Below, one piece after another: positions 40,601 to 54,349 of a stretch of DNA of 64,000 bases. Made by a program: the position numbers and the translations under genes. The notes under the pieces were generated by a model. The model did no database searches and had not been told where the DNA came from. It worked only from the letters and a program-made list of their open reading frames with translations. This stretch comes from Eledone cirrhosa (Eukaryota). The stretch covers positions 370,450,001 through 370,514,000 of the forward strand of contig OZ024742.1 in NCBI GenBank assembly GCA_964016885.1. The letters run 5' to 3'. Each line of letters opens with the position of its first letter. Within the stretch, counting starts at the first letter, position 1.

Positions 40601-42969
40601 TGGTGTTATTCTGCCACATTGTTTCTACTGGTGACCTTTTCTTATACTGTCATATTGCTTCTACTGGTGACCTGGTCTTATACTGTCACATTGCTTCTAC
40701 TAGTGACCTGGTCTTATACTGTCACATTGCTTCTACTGGTGACCTTGTCTTATGCTGTCACATTGCTTCTACTGGTGACCGGGTCTTATGCTGTCACATT
40801 GCTTCTACTGTTGACCTGGTCTTATACTGTCACATTGCTTCTACTGGTGACTTTGTCTTATGCTGTCACATTGCTTCTACTGGTGACCTTGTCTTATACT
40901 GTCACATTGCTTCTACTAGTGAACTGGTCTTATACTGTCACATTACTTCTACTGGTGACCTGGTCTTATACTGTCACATTGCTTCTACTGGTGACCTTGC
41001 CTTATGCTGAAACATTGCTTCTACTGGTGACCTGGTCTTATACTGTCACATTGCTTCTACTAGTGACCTGGTCTTATACTGTCACGTTGCTTCTACTAGT
41101 GCACTGAGCTTATACTGTCACATTGCTTCTACTAGTGACTGGTCTTATACTGTCACATTGCTTCTACTGGTGACCTGGTCTTATACTGTCACATTGCTTC
41201 TACTAGTGACTGGTCTTATACTGTCACATTGCTTCTACTGGTGACCTGGTCTTATGCTGTCAAATTGCTTCTACTGGTGACCTGGTCTTATGCTGTCACA
41301 TTGCTTCTACTGGTGACCTGGTCTTATACTGTCACGTTGCTTCTACTGGTGACCTGGTCTTATACTGTCACATTGCTTCTACTAGTGACATGGTCTTATA
41401 TTGTCACATTGCTTCTACTGGTGACCTGGTCTTATGCTGTCACATTGCTTCTACGGGTGACCTGGTCTTATACTGTCACATTGCTTCTACTGGTGACCTT
41501 GTCTTATGCTGTCACATTGCTTCTACTGGTGACCTGGTCTTATGGTGTCACATTGCTTCTACTGGTGACCTGGTCTTATACTGTCACATTGCTTCTACTG
41601 GTGACCTGGTCTTATACTGTCACATTGCTTCTACTGGTGACCTGGTCTTATACTGTCACATTGCTTCTAATCGTGATCTGATCTTATGCTGTCACATTGC
41701 TTCTACTGGTGACCTGGTCTTATACTGTCACATTGCTTCTACTGGTGACATGGTCTTATACTGTCACATTGCTTCTACTGGTGACCTGGTCTTATGCTGT
41801 CACATTGCTTCTACTAGGGACCTGGTCTTATGCTGTCACATTGCTTCTACTGGTGACCTGGTCTTATACTGTCACATTGCTTCTACTGGTGACCTGGTCT
41901 TATACAGTCACATTGCTTCTACTAGTGAACTGGTTTTATACTGTCACATTGCTTCTACTAGTGAACTGGTCTTATACTGTCACATTGCTTCTACTTGTGA
42001 CCTGGTCTTATACTGTCACATTGCTTCTACTGGTGACCTGGTCTTATACTGTCACATTGCTTCTACTGGTGAGCTTGTCTTATACTGTCACATTGCTTCT
42101 ACTAGTGAACTGGTCTTATACTGTCACATTGCTTCTAGTGGTGACCTGGTCTTATACTGTCACATTGCTTCTACTGGTGACCTGGCCTTATGCTGTCACA
42201 TTGCTTCTACTGGTGACCTAGTCTTATGCTGTCACATGGCTTCTACGGTGACCTGGTCTTATACTTTCACATTGCTTCTACTTGTGATATGGTCTTATAC
42301 TGTCACATTGCTTCTACTGGTGACCTGGTCTTATGCTGTCACATTGCTTCTACTGGTGACCTGATCTTATACTGTCACATTGCTTCTACTGGTGACCTGG
42401 TCTTATACTGTCACATTGCTTCTCCTGGTTACCTGGTCTTATGCTGCCACATTGTTTCTACTGGTGACCTGGTCTTATACTGTCACATTGCTTCTAATTA
42501 TGACCTGGTCTTACACTGTCACATTGTTTCTACTGGTGACCTGGTCTTATACTGTCACATTGCTTCTACTGGTGACCTGATCTTATACTGTCACATTGCT
42601 TCTACTGGTGACCTTGTCTTATACTGTCACATTACTTCTACTGATGACCTGGTCTTATCCTGTCACATTGCTTCTACTAGTGACCTGTTCTTATACTGTC
42701 ACATTGCTTCTACTGGTGACCTGGTCTTATACTGTCACATTGCTTCTACTGGTGACCTGGTCTTATACTGTCACATTGCTTCTACTGGTCCCCTAGCCTT
42801 ATGCTGTCACATTGCTTCTGCTGGTGACCTGGTCTTATGATGTCACATTGCTTCTACAGGCGACCTGGTGTTATAATGTCACATTGCTTCTACTGGTGAC
42901 CTGGTCTTATACTGGCACATTGTTTCTACTGGTGACCTGGTCTTATACTGTCACATTGCTTCTACTGGT

Positions 42970-45860
42970 GACCTTGTCTTATACTGTCACATTGCTTCTA
43001 CTGGTGAGCTGGTCTTATGCTGTCACATTGCTTCTAATAGTGAACTGGTCTTACACTGTCACATTGCTTCTACTAGTGACCTGGTCTTATACTGTCACAT
43101 TGCTTCTACTAGTGACCTGGTCTTATACTGTCACATTGCTTCTACTGGTGACCTGGTCTTATGCTGTCACATTGCTTCTACTGGTGACCTGATCTTATAC
43201 TGTCACATTACTTCTACTGGTGACCTGGTCTTATACTGTCACATTGCGTCTACTGGTGACATGGTCTTATGCTGTCACATTGCTTCTACTGGTGACCTGG
43301 TCTTATACTATCACATTGCTTCTACTGGTGACATGGTCTTATGCTGTCACATTGCTTCTCCTGGTGACCTGGTCTTATACTGTCACATTGCTTCTACTGG
43401 TGAGCTGGTCTTATGCTGTCACATTGCTTATACTGGTGACCTTGTCTTATGCTGTCACATTGCTTCTACTGGTGACATGGTCTTATGCTGTAACATTGCT
43501 TCTACTAGTGACATGGTCTTATACTGTCACATTGCGTCTACTGGTGACCTGGTCTTATACTGTCATATTGCTTGTACTGGTGACATTGTCTTATGCTGTC
43601 ACTTTGCTTCTACTGGTCAGCTGGTCTTATCATGTCACAATGCTTCTATTGGTGACCTGGTCTTATACTGTCACATTGCTTCTACTGGTCACCTGGTCTT
43701 ATACTGGCACATTGTTACTACTGGTGACCTGGTCTTATACTGTCACATTGCTTCTACTGGTGACCTTGTCTTATACTGTCACATTGCTTCTACTAGTGAC
43801 CTTGTCTTATACTATCACATTGCTTCTACTCTGTGACCTTGTCTTATACTGTCACATTGCTTCTACTAGTGACCTGGTCTTATACTATCACATTGCTTCT
43901 ACTCTGTGACCTTGTCTTATAATGTGACATTGCTTCTACTGGTGACCTTGTCTTATGCTGTCACGCTGCTTCTACTGGTCAACTGGTCTTATACTGTCAC
44001 ATTGCTTCTACTAGTGACTGGTCTTATACTGTCACATTGCTTCTACTGGTGACCTTGTCTTATACAGTCACATTGCTTCTACTGGTGACCTTGTCTTGTG
44101 CTGTCACATTGCTTCTACTGGTGACCTGGTCTTATACTGTCACATTGCTTCTACTGGTGACCTTGTCTTATACAGTCACATTGCTTCTACTGGTGACCTG
44201 GTCTTATGCTGTCACATTGCTTCTATTGGTGACCTGGTCTTATACTGTCACATTGCTTATACTGGTGACCTTGTCTTATACTGTCACATTGCTTCTACTA
44301 GTGACCTGGTCTTATACTATCACGTTGCTTCTACTGGTGACCTTTTCTTATACTGTCACATTGCTTCTACTGGTGACCTGGTCTTATACCGTCACATTGC
44401 TTCTACTCGTGACTGGTCTTATACTGGGACATTGCTTCTACTGTTGACCTGATCTTATACTGTCACATTGCTTCTTCTGGTGACCTTGTCTTATACAGTC
44501 ACATTGCTTCTACTGGTGACCTTGTCTTATGCTGTCACATTGCTTCTCCTGGTGACCTGGTCTTATACTGTCACATTGCTTCTACTGGTGAGCTGGTCTT
44601 ATGCTGTCACATTGCTTCTAATAGTGAACTGGTCTTACACTGTCACATTGCTTCTACTAGTGACCTGGTCTTATACTGTCACATTGCTTCTACTAGTGAC
44701 CTGGTCTTATACTGTCACATTGCTTCTACTGGTGACCTGGTCTTATGCTGTCACATTGCTTCTACTGGTGACCTGATCTTATACTGTCACATTACTTCTA
44801 CTGGTGACCTGGTCTTATACTGTCACATTGCGTCTACTGGTGACATGGTCTTATGCTGTCACATTGCTTCTACTGGTGACCTGGTCTTATACTGTCACAT
44901 TGCTTCTACTGGTGACATGGTCTTATGCTGTCACATTGCTTCTCCTGGTGACCTGGTCTTATACTGTCACATTGCTTCTACTGGTGAGCTGGTCTTATGC
45001 TGTCACATTGCTTATACTGGTGACCTTGTCTTATGCTGTCACATTGCTTCTACTGGTGACATGGTCTTATGCTGTCACATTGCTTCTACTAGTGACATGG
45101 TCTTATACTGTCACATTGCGTCTACTGGTGACCTGGTCTTATACTGTCATATTGCTTGTACTGGTGACATTGTCTTATGCTGTCACTTTGCTTCTACTGG
45201 TCAGCTGGTCTTATCATGTCACAATGCTTCTATTGGTGACCTGGTCTTATACTGTCACATTGCTTCTACTGGTCACCTGGTATTATACTGGCACATTGTT
45301 TCTACTGGTGACCTGGTCTTATACTGTCACATTGCTTCTACTGGTGACCTTGTCTTATACTGTCACATTGCTTCGACTAGTGACCTTGTCTTATACTGTC
45401 ACATTGCTTCTACTAGTGACCTGGTCTTATACTATCACATTGCTTCTACTCTGTGACCTTGTCTTATAATGTGACATTGCTTCTACTGGTGACCTTGTCT
45501 TATGCTGTCACGCTGCTTCTACTGGTCAACTGGTCTTATACTGTCACATTGCTTCTACTAGTGACTGGTCTTATACTGTCACATTGCTTCTACTGGTGAC
45601 CTTGTCTTATACAGTCACATTGCTTCTACTGGTGACCTTGTCTTGTGCTGTCACATTGCTTCTACTGGTGACCTGGTCTTATACTGTCACATTGCTTCTA
45701 CTGGTGACCTTGTCTTATACAGTCACATTGCTTCTACTGGTGACATGGTCTTATGCTGTCACATTGCTTCTACTGGTGACCTGGTCTTATGCTGTCACAT
45801 TGCTTCTATTGGTGACCTGGTCTTATACTGTCACATTGCTTATACTGGTGACCTGGTCTT
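42970..45860. repeat. Imperfect tandem duplication, ~1584-bp period (44 monomers)
   Basis: ORF offsets 43220/44804 and 43261/44845 equal 1584; 44037/45584 equals 1547 after loss of one 37-bp unit. Shared markers GCTTGTAC, CACTTTGC, CACGCTGC and CTACTCTGTGACC. Confidence 0.88.
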
Positions 45861-48800
45861 ATACTGTCACATTGCTTCTACTGGTGACCTGGTCTTATAG
45901 TGTCACATTGCTTCTACTAGTGACCTGGACTTATACTGTCACATCGCTTCTAATAGTGACCTTGTCTTATGCTGTCACATTGCTTCTACTGGTGACCTTG
46001 TCTTATGCTGTCACATTGCTTCTACTGGTGACCTTGTCTTATACTGTCACATCGCTTCTACTAGTGACCTTGTCTTATGCTGTCACATTGCTTCTACTAG
46101 TGAGCTAGTCTTATGCTGTCACATTGCTTCTACTGGTGACCTGGTCTTGTACTGTCACATTGCTTCTACTGGTGACCTGGCCTTATGCTGTCACATTGCT
46201 TCTACAAGTGACCTGGTCTAATACTGTCACATTGCTTCTACTAGTGACTGGTCTTATACTGTCACATTGCTTCTACTGGTCACCTGGTCTTATGCTGTCA
46301 CATTGCTTCTACTGGTGACATGGTCTTATACTGTCACATTGCTCCTACTAGTGACCTGATCTTATACTGTTACATTGCTTCTACTGGTGACCTGGTCTTA
46401 TACTGTCACATTTCTTCTACTGGTGACCTGGTCTTATACTGTCACGATGCTTCTACTGGTGACCTGGACTTATACTGTCACATTGCTTCTACTAGTGACC
46501 TGGTCTTATACTGTCACATTGCTTCTACTGGTGACCTGGTCTTACACTGTCACATTGCTTCTACTAGTGACCTGGTCTTATACTGCCACATTGCTTCTAC
46601 TAGTGACCTGGCCTTATACTGTCACATTGCTTCTACAAGTGACCTGGTCTTATACTGTCACATTGCTTCTACTAGTTACTGGTCTTATACTGTCACATTG
46701 CTTCTACTGGTGACCTGGTCTTATACTGTCACATTGCTTCTACTGGTGACCTGGTCTTATCCTGTCACATTGCTTCTGCTGGTGACATGGTCTTATAATG
46801 TCACATTGCGTCTACTGGTGACATGGTCTTATGCTGTCACATTGCTTCTACTTGTGACATGGTCTTATGCTGTCACATTGCTTCTCCTGGTGACCTGGTC
46901 TTATACTGTCACATTGCTTCTACTGGTGAGCTGGTCTTATGCCGTCACATTGCTTCTACTGGTGACTTGGTCTTATACTGTCACATTGCTTCTACTGGTG
47001 ACCTGGTCTTATACTGTCACATTGCTTCTACTGGTGAGCTGGTCTTATACTGGCACATTGTTTCTACTGGTGACCTGGTCTTATACTGTCACATTGCTTC
47101 TACTGGTGACCTGGTCTTATACTGTCACATTGCTTCTACGGGTCAGCTGGTCTTATCATGTCACATTGCATCTACTGGTGACCTGGTCTTATACTGTCAC
47201 ATTGCTTCTACTGGTGACCTGGTCTTATACTGTCACATTCCTTCTACTGGTGACCTGGTCTTATACTGTCACATTGCTTCTATTGGTGACCTGGTCTTAT
47301 ACTGTCACATTGCTTCTACTGGTCACCTGGTCTTATCCTGTCACATTGCTTCTACTGGTGACCTGGTCTTATACTGTCACATTGCTTCTACTGGTGACCT
47401 GGTCTTATACTGTCACATTGCTTCTACTGGTGAGCTGGTCTTATACTGGCACATTGTTTCTACTGGTGACCTGGTCTTATACTGTCACATTGCTTCTACT
47501 GGTGACCTGGTCTTATACTGTCACATTGCTTCTACTGGTGACCTTGTCTTATACTGTCACATTGCTTCTACTGGTGACCTGGTCTTATACTGTCACATTG
47601 CTTCTACTAGTGACTGGTCTTATACTGTCACATTGCTTCTACTGTTGACCTGATCTTATACTGTCACATTGCTTCTACTGGTGACCTTGTCTTATACAGT
47701 CACATTGCTTCTACTGGTGACCTTGTCTTGTGCTGTCACGTTGCTTCTACTGGTGACCTGGTCTTATGCTGTCACATTGCTTCTACTGGTGACCTGGTCT
47801 TATACTGTCACATTGCTTCTACTGGTGACCTGGTCTTATACTGTCACATTGCTTCTACTTGTGACCTGGTCTTATGCTGTCACATTGCTTCTCCTGGTGA
47901 CCTGGTCTTATACTGTCACATTGCTTCTACTGGTGAGCTGGTCTTATGCTGTCACATTGCTTATACTGGTGACCTTGTCTTATACTGTCACATTACTTCA
48001 ACTAGTGACCTGGTCTTATACTGTCACATTGCTTCTACTGGTGACCTGGTCTTATACTGTCACATTGCTTCTACTAGTGACTGGTCTTATACTGTGACAT
48101 TGCTTCTACTGGTGACCTGGTCTTATACAGTCACATTGCTTCTACTGGTGACCTGGTCTTATACTGTCACATTGCTTCTACAAGTGACCTGGTCTTATAC
48201 TGTCACATTGCTTCTACTATTTACTGGTCTTATACTGTCAAATTGCTTCTACTGGTGACCTGGTCTTATACTGTCACGTTGCTTCTACTGGTGACCTGGT
48301 CTTATGCTGTCACATTGCTTCTGCTGGTGACATGATCTTATAATGTCACATTGCGTCTACTGGTGACATGGTCTTATGCTGTCACATTGCTTCTACTGGT
48401 GACATGGTCTTATGCTGTCACATTGCTTCTCCTGGTGACCTGGTCTTATACTGTCACATTGCTTATACTGGTGACCTTGTCTTATGCTGTCACATTGCTT
48501 CTACTGGTGACTTGGTCTTATGCTGTCACATTGCTTCTACTAGTGACCTGGTCTTATGCTGTCACATTGCTTCTACTGGTGACCTGGTCTTATACTGTCA
48601 CATTGCTTCTACTAGTGACCTGGTCTTATACTATCACGTTGCTTCTACTGGTGACCTTTTATTATACTGTCACATTGCTTCTACTGGTTACCTTGTCTTA
48701 TGCTGTCACATTGCTTCTACTGGTTACCTGGTCTTATACTGTCACATTGCTTCTAGTAGTGACTGGTCTTATACTGTGACATTGCTTCTACTGTTGACCT

Positions 48801-51800
48801 GATCTTATACTGTCACATTGCTTCTTCTGGTGACCTTGTCTTATACAGTCACATTGCTTCTACTGGTGACCTTGTCTTATGCTGTCACATTGCTTCTACT
48901 GGTGACCTTGTCTTATACTGTCACATTGCTTCTACTGGTGACCTGGTCTTATACTGTCACATTGCTTCTACAGGTGACCTTGTCTTATACTCTCTCATTG
49001 CTTCTACTGGTGACCTGGTCTTATACTCACACATTGCTTCTACTGGTGACCTGGTCTTTTGATGTCACAATGCTTCTACTGGTGACCTGGTCTTATACTG
49101 TCACATTGCTTCTACTAGTGACCTTGTCTTATACTGTCACATTGCTTCTACTAGTGACTGGTCTTATACTGTCACATTGCTTCTACTGGTGACCTGGTCT
49201 TATACTGTCACATTGCTTCTACTGGTGACCTGGTCTTATACTGTCACATTACTTCTACTAGTGACCTGGTCTTATACTGTCACATTGCTTCTACTGGTGA
49301 CCTGGTCTTATACTGTCACATTGCTTCTACTAGTGACTGGTCTTATACTGTGACATTGCTTCTACTGGTGACCTGGTCTTATACAGTCACATTGCTTCTA
49401 CTGGTGACCTTGTCTTATACTATCACATTGCTTCTACTGGTGACCTTGTCTTATGCTGTCACATTGCTTCTACGGGTCAGCTGGTCTTATCATGTCACAT
49501 TGCATCTACTGGTGACCTGGTCTTATATTGTCACATTGCTTCTACTGGTGACCTGGTTTATACTGTCACATTGCTTCTACTGGTGACCTGGTCTTATACT
49601 GTCACATTGCTTCTATTGGTGACCTTGTCTTATACTGTCACATTGCTTCTACTGGTCACCTGGTCTTATCCTGTCACATTGCTTCTACTGGTGACCTGGT
49701 CTTATACTGTCACATTGCTTCTGCTGGTGACCTGGTCTTATACTGTAACATTGCTTCTACTGGTGTGCTGGTCTTATACTGGCACATTGTTTCTACTGGT
49801 GACCTGGTCTTATACTGTCACATTGCTTCTACTGGTGACCTGTTCTTATACTGTCACATTGCTTCTACTGGTGACCTGGTCTTATACTGTCACATTGCTT
49901 CTACTAGTGACCTTGTCTTGTGCTGTCACATTGCTTCTACTGGTGACCTGGTCTTATGCTGTCACATTGCTTCTACTGGTGACCTGGTCTTATATTGTCA
50001 CATTGCTTCTACTGGTGACCTTGTCTTATACTGTCACATTGCTTCTACTGATGACCTGGTCTTATACTGTCACATTGCTTCTACTAGTGACTGGTCTTAT
50101 ACTGTCACATTGCTTCTACTGTTGACCTGATCTTATACTGTCACATTGCTTCTACTGGTGACCTGGTCTTATACTGTCACATTGCTTCTACTGGTGACCT
50201 TGTCTTATACTGTCACATTGCTTCTACTGGTGACATTGTCTTATACTGTCACATTGCTTCTACTAGTGACTGGTCTTATACTGTCACATTGCTTCTACTG
50301 TTGACCTGATCTTATACTGTCACATTGCTTCTACTGGTGACCTTGTCTTATACAGTCACATTGCTTCTACTGGTGACCTTGTCTTGTGCTGTCACATTGC
50401 TTCTACTGGTGACCTGGTCTTATGCTGTCACATTGCTTCTACTGGTGACCTGGTCTTATACTGTCACATTGCTTCTACTGGTGACCTGGTCTTATACTGT
50501 CACATTGCTTCTACTTGTGACCTGGTCTTATGCTGTCACATTGCTTCTCCTGGTGACCTGGTCTTATACTGTCACATTGCTTCTACTGGTGAGCTGGTCT
50601 TATGCTGTCACATTGCTTATACTGGTGACCTTGTCTTATGCTGTCACATTGCTTCTACTGGTGACTTGGTCTTATACTGTCACATTGTTTCTACTGGTGA
50701 CCTGGTCTTATACTGTCACATTGCTTCTACTGGTGACCTGGTCTTATACTGTCACATTGCTTCTACTGGTGACATGGTCTTATACTGTCACATTGCTTCT
50801 ACTAGTGACCTGATCTTATACTGTCACATTGCTTTTACTGGTGACCTGGTCTTATACTGTCACATTTCTTCTACAGTTGACCTGATGTTATACTGTCACA
50901 TTTCTTCTACTGGTGACCTGGTCTTATACTGTCACATTGCTTCTACTGGTGACCTGGTCTTATACTGTCACATTGCTTCTACTGGTGACCTGGTCTTATA
51001 CTGTCACATTGCTTCTACTAGTGACCTGGTCTTATACTGTCACATTGCTTCTACTGGTGACCTGGTCTTACACTGTCACATTGCTTCTACTGGTGACCTG
51101 GTCTTACACTGTCACATTGCTTCTACTAGTGACCTGGTCTTATACTGTCACATTGCTTCTACTAGTGACCTGGTCTTATACTGTCACATTGCTTCTACTA
51201 GTTACTGGTCTTATACTGTCACATTGCTTCTACTGGTGACCTGGTCTTATACTGTCACATTGCTTCTACTGGTGACCTGGTCTTATGCTGTCACATTGCT
51301 TCTACTGGTGTCTTGGTCTTATGCTGTCACATTGCTTCTACTAGTGACCTGGTCTTATGCTGTCACATTGCTTATACTGGTGACCTGGTCTTATACAGTC
51401 ACATTGCTTCTACTGGTGACCTGGTCTTATACTGTCACATTGCTTCTACTGCTCCCCTGGCCTTATGCTGTCACATTGCTTCTGCTGGTGACCTGGTCTT
51501 ATGATGTCACATTGCTTCTACAGGCAACCTGGTGTTATAATGTCACATTGCTTCTACTGGTGACCTGGTCTTATACTGGCACATTGTTTCTACTGGTGAC
51601 CTTGTCTTATACTGTCACATTGCTTCTACTAGTGACCTGGTCTTATACTATCACGTTGCTTCTACTGGTGACCTTTTATTATACTGTCACATTGCTTCTA
51701 CTGGTTACCTTGTCTTATGCTGTCACATTGCTTCTACTGGTGACCTGGTCTTATACTGTCACATTGCTTCTACTAGTGACTGGTCTTATACTGTGACATT

Positions 51801-54349
51801 GCTTCTACTGTTGACCTGATCTTATACTGTCACATTGCTTCTTCTGGTGACCTTGTCTTATACAGTCACATTGCTTCTACTGGTGACCTTGTCTTATGCT
51901 GTCACATTGCTTCTACTGGTGACCTTGTCTTATACTGTCACATTGCTTCTACTGGTGACCTGGTCTTATACTGTCACATTGCTTCTACAGGTGACCTTGT
52001 CTTATACTCTCTCATTGCTTCTACTGGTGACCTGGTCTTATACTCACACATTGCTTCTACTGGTGACCTGGTCTTTTGATGTCACAATGCTTCTACTGGT
52101 GACCTGGTCTTATACTGTCACATTGCTTCTACTAGTGACCTTGTCTTATACTGTCACATTGCTTCTACTAGTGACTGGTCTTATACTGTCACATTGCTTC
52201 TACTGGTGACCTGGTCTTATACTGTCACATTGCTTCTACTGGTGACCTGGTCTTATACTGTCACATTACTTCTACTAGTGACCTGGTCTTATACTGTCAC
52301 ATTGCTTCTACTGGTGACCTGGTCTTATACTGTCACATTGCTTCTACTGGTGACCTTGTCTTATGCTGTCACATTGCTTCTACGGGTCAGCTGGTCTTAT
52401 CATGTCACATTGCATCTACTGGTGACCTGGTCTTATATTGTCACATTGCTTCTACTGGTGACCTGGTCTTATACTGTCACATTGCTTCTACTGGTGACCT
52501 GGTCTTATACTGTCACATTGCTTCTATTGGTGACCTTGTCTTATACTGTCACATTGCTTCTACTGGTCACCTGGTCTTATCCTGTCACATTGCTTCTACT
52601 GGTGACCTGGTCTTATACTGTCACATTGCTTCTACTGGTGACCTGGTCTTATACTGTCACATTGCTTCTACTGGTGTGCTGGTCTTATACTGTCACATTA
52701 CTTCTACTGGTGACCTGGTCTTATACTGTCACATTACTTCTACTAGTGACCTGGTCTTATACTGTCACATTGCTTCTACTAGTGACTGGTCTTATACTGT
52801 GACATTGCTTCTACTGGTGACCTGGTCTTATACTGTGACATTGCTTCTACTGGTGACCTTGTCTTATACAGTCACATTGCTTCTACTGGTGACCTTGTCT
52901 TGTGCTGTCACATTGCTTCTACTGGTGACCTGGTCTTATGCTGTCACATTGCTTCTACTGGTGACCTGGTCTTATACTGTCACATTGCTTCTACTGGTGA
53001 CCTGGTCTTATACTGTCACATTGCTTCTACTTGTGACCTGGTCTTATGCTGTCACATTGCTTCTACTGGTGACCTGGTCTTATACTGTCACATTGCTTCT
53101 ACTAGTGACTAGTCTTATACTGTGACATTGCTTCTACTGTTGACCTGATCTTATACTGTCACATTGCTTCTACTGGTGACCTTGTCTTATACAGTCACAT
53201 TGCTTCTACTGGTGACCTTGTCTTGTGCTGTCACATTGCTTCTACTGGTGACCTGGTCTTATGCTATCACATTGCTTCTACTGGAGACCTTGTCTTATAG
53301 AGTCACATTGCTTCCACTGGTGAACTGGTCTTATACTGTCACATTGCTTCTACTAGTGACCTGGCCTTATGCTGTCATATTGCTTCTACCGGTGACCTGG
53401 TCTTATACTGTCACATTGCTTCTCCTGGTGACCTGGCCTTATGCTGTCACATTGCTTCTACTAGTGACTGGTCTTATAATGTCACATTGCTTCTACTGGT
53501 CATCTGGTCTTATACAGTCACATTGCTTCTGCTGGTGACCTGGTCTTATGCTGTCACATTGCTTCTACTGGTGACATGGTCTTATACTGTCACATTGCTT
53601 CTACTGGTGACCTGGTCTTATACTGTCACATTGCTTCTACAAGTGACCTGGTCTTATACTGTCACATTGCTTCTACTATTTACTGGTCTTATACTGTCAC
53701 ATTGCTTCTACTGGTGACCTGGTCTTATACTGTCACATTGCTTCTACTGGTGACCTGGTCTTATGCTGTCACATTGCTTCTGCTGGTGACATGGTCTTAT
53801 AATGTCACATTGCGTCTACTGGTGACATGGTCTTATGCTGTCACATTGCTTCTACTGGTGACATGGTCTTATGCTGTCACATTGCTTCTCCTGGTGACCT
53901 GGTCTTATACTGTCACATTGCTTATACTGGTGACCTTGTCTTATGCTGTCACATTGCTTCTACTGGTGACTTGGTCTTATGCTGTCACATTGCTTCTACT
54001 AGTGACCTGGTCTTATGCTGTCACATTGCTTCTACTGGTGACCTGGTCTTATACTGTCACATTGCTTCAACTGGTGACCTGGTCTTATACTGTCACATTG
54101 CTTCTACTGGTCCCCTAGCCTTATGCTGTCACATTGCTTCTGCTGGTGACCTGGTCTTATGATGTCACATTGCTTCTACAGGCGACCTGGTGTTATAATG
54201 TCACATTGCTTCTACTGGTGACCTGGTCTTATACTGGCACATTGTTTCTACTGGTGACCTTGTCTTATACTGTCACATTGCTTCTACTAGTGACCTGGTC
54301 TTATACTATCACGTTGCTTCTACTGGTGACCTTTTATTATACCGTCACA

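Larger units (their letters stand above)
1..42780. repeat. Left domain: higher-order-repeat-like region built from recurring variant cassettes
   Basis: The diagnostic variants GGTTAACTGG, GAACTTCTCTTATCC, TGCTGTCAAA, GGTGCGCTTG, CATGGCTTCTACGG, ATAGACC and GCTGAAAC recur in conserved local order. The CATGGCTTCTACGG marker (ORF start MLSHGFYG) occurs 11 times between 2284 and 42226 and was not seen afterwards. Confidence 0.88.
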
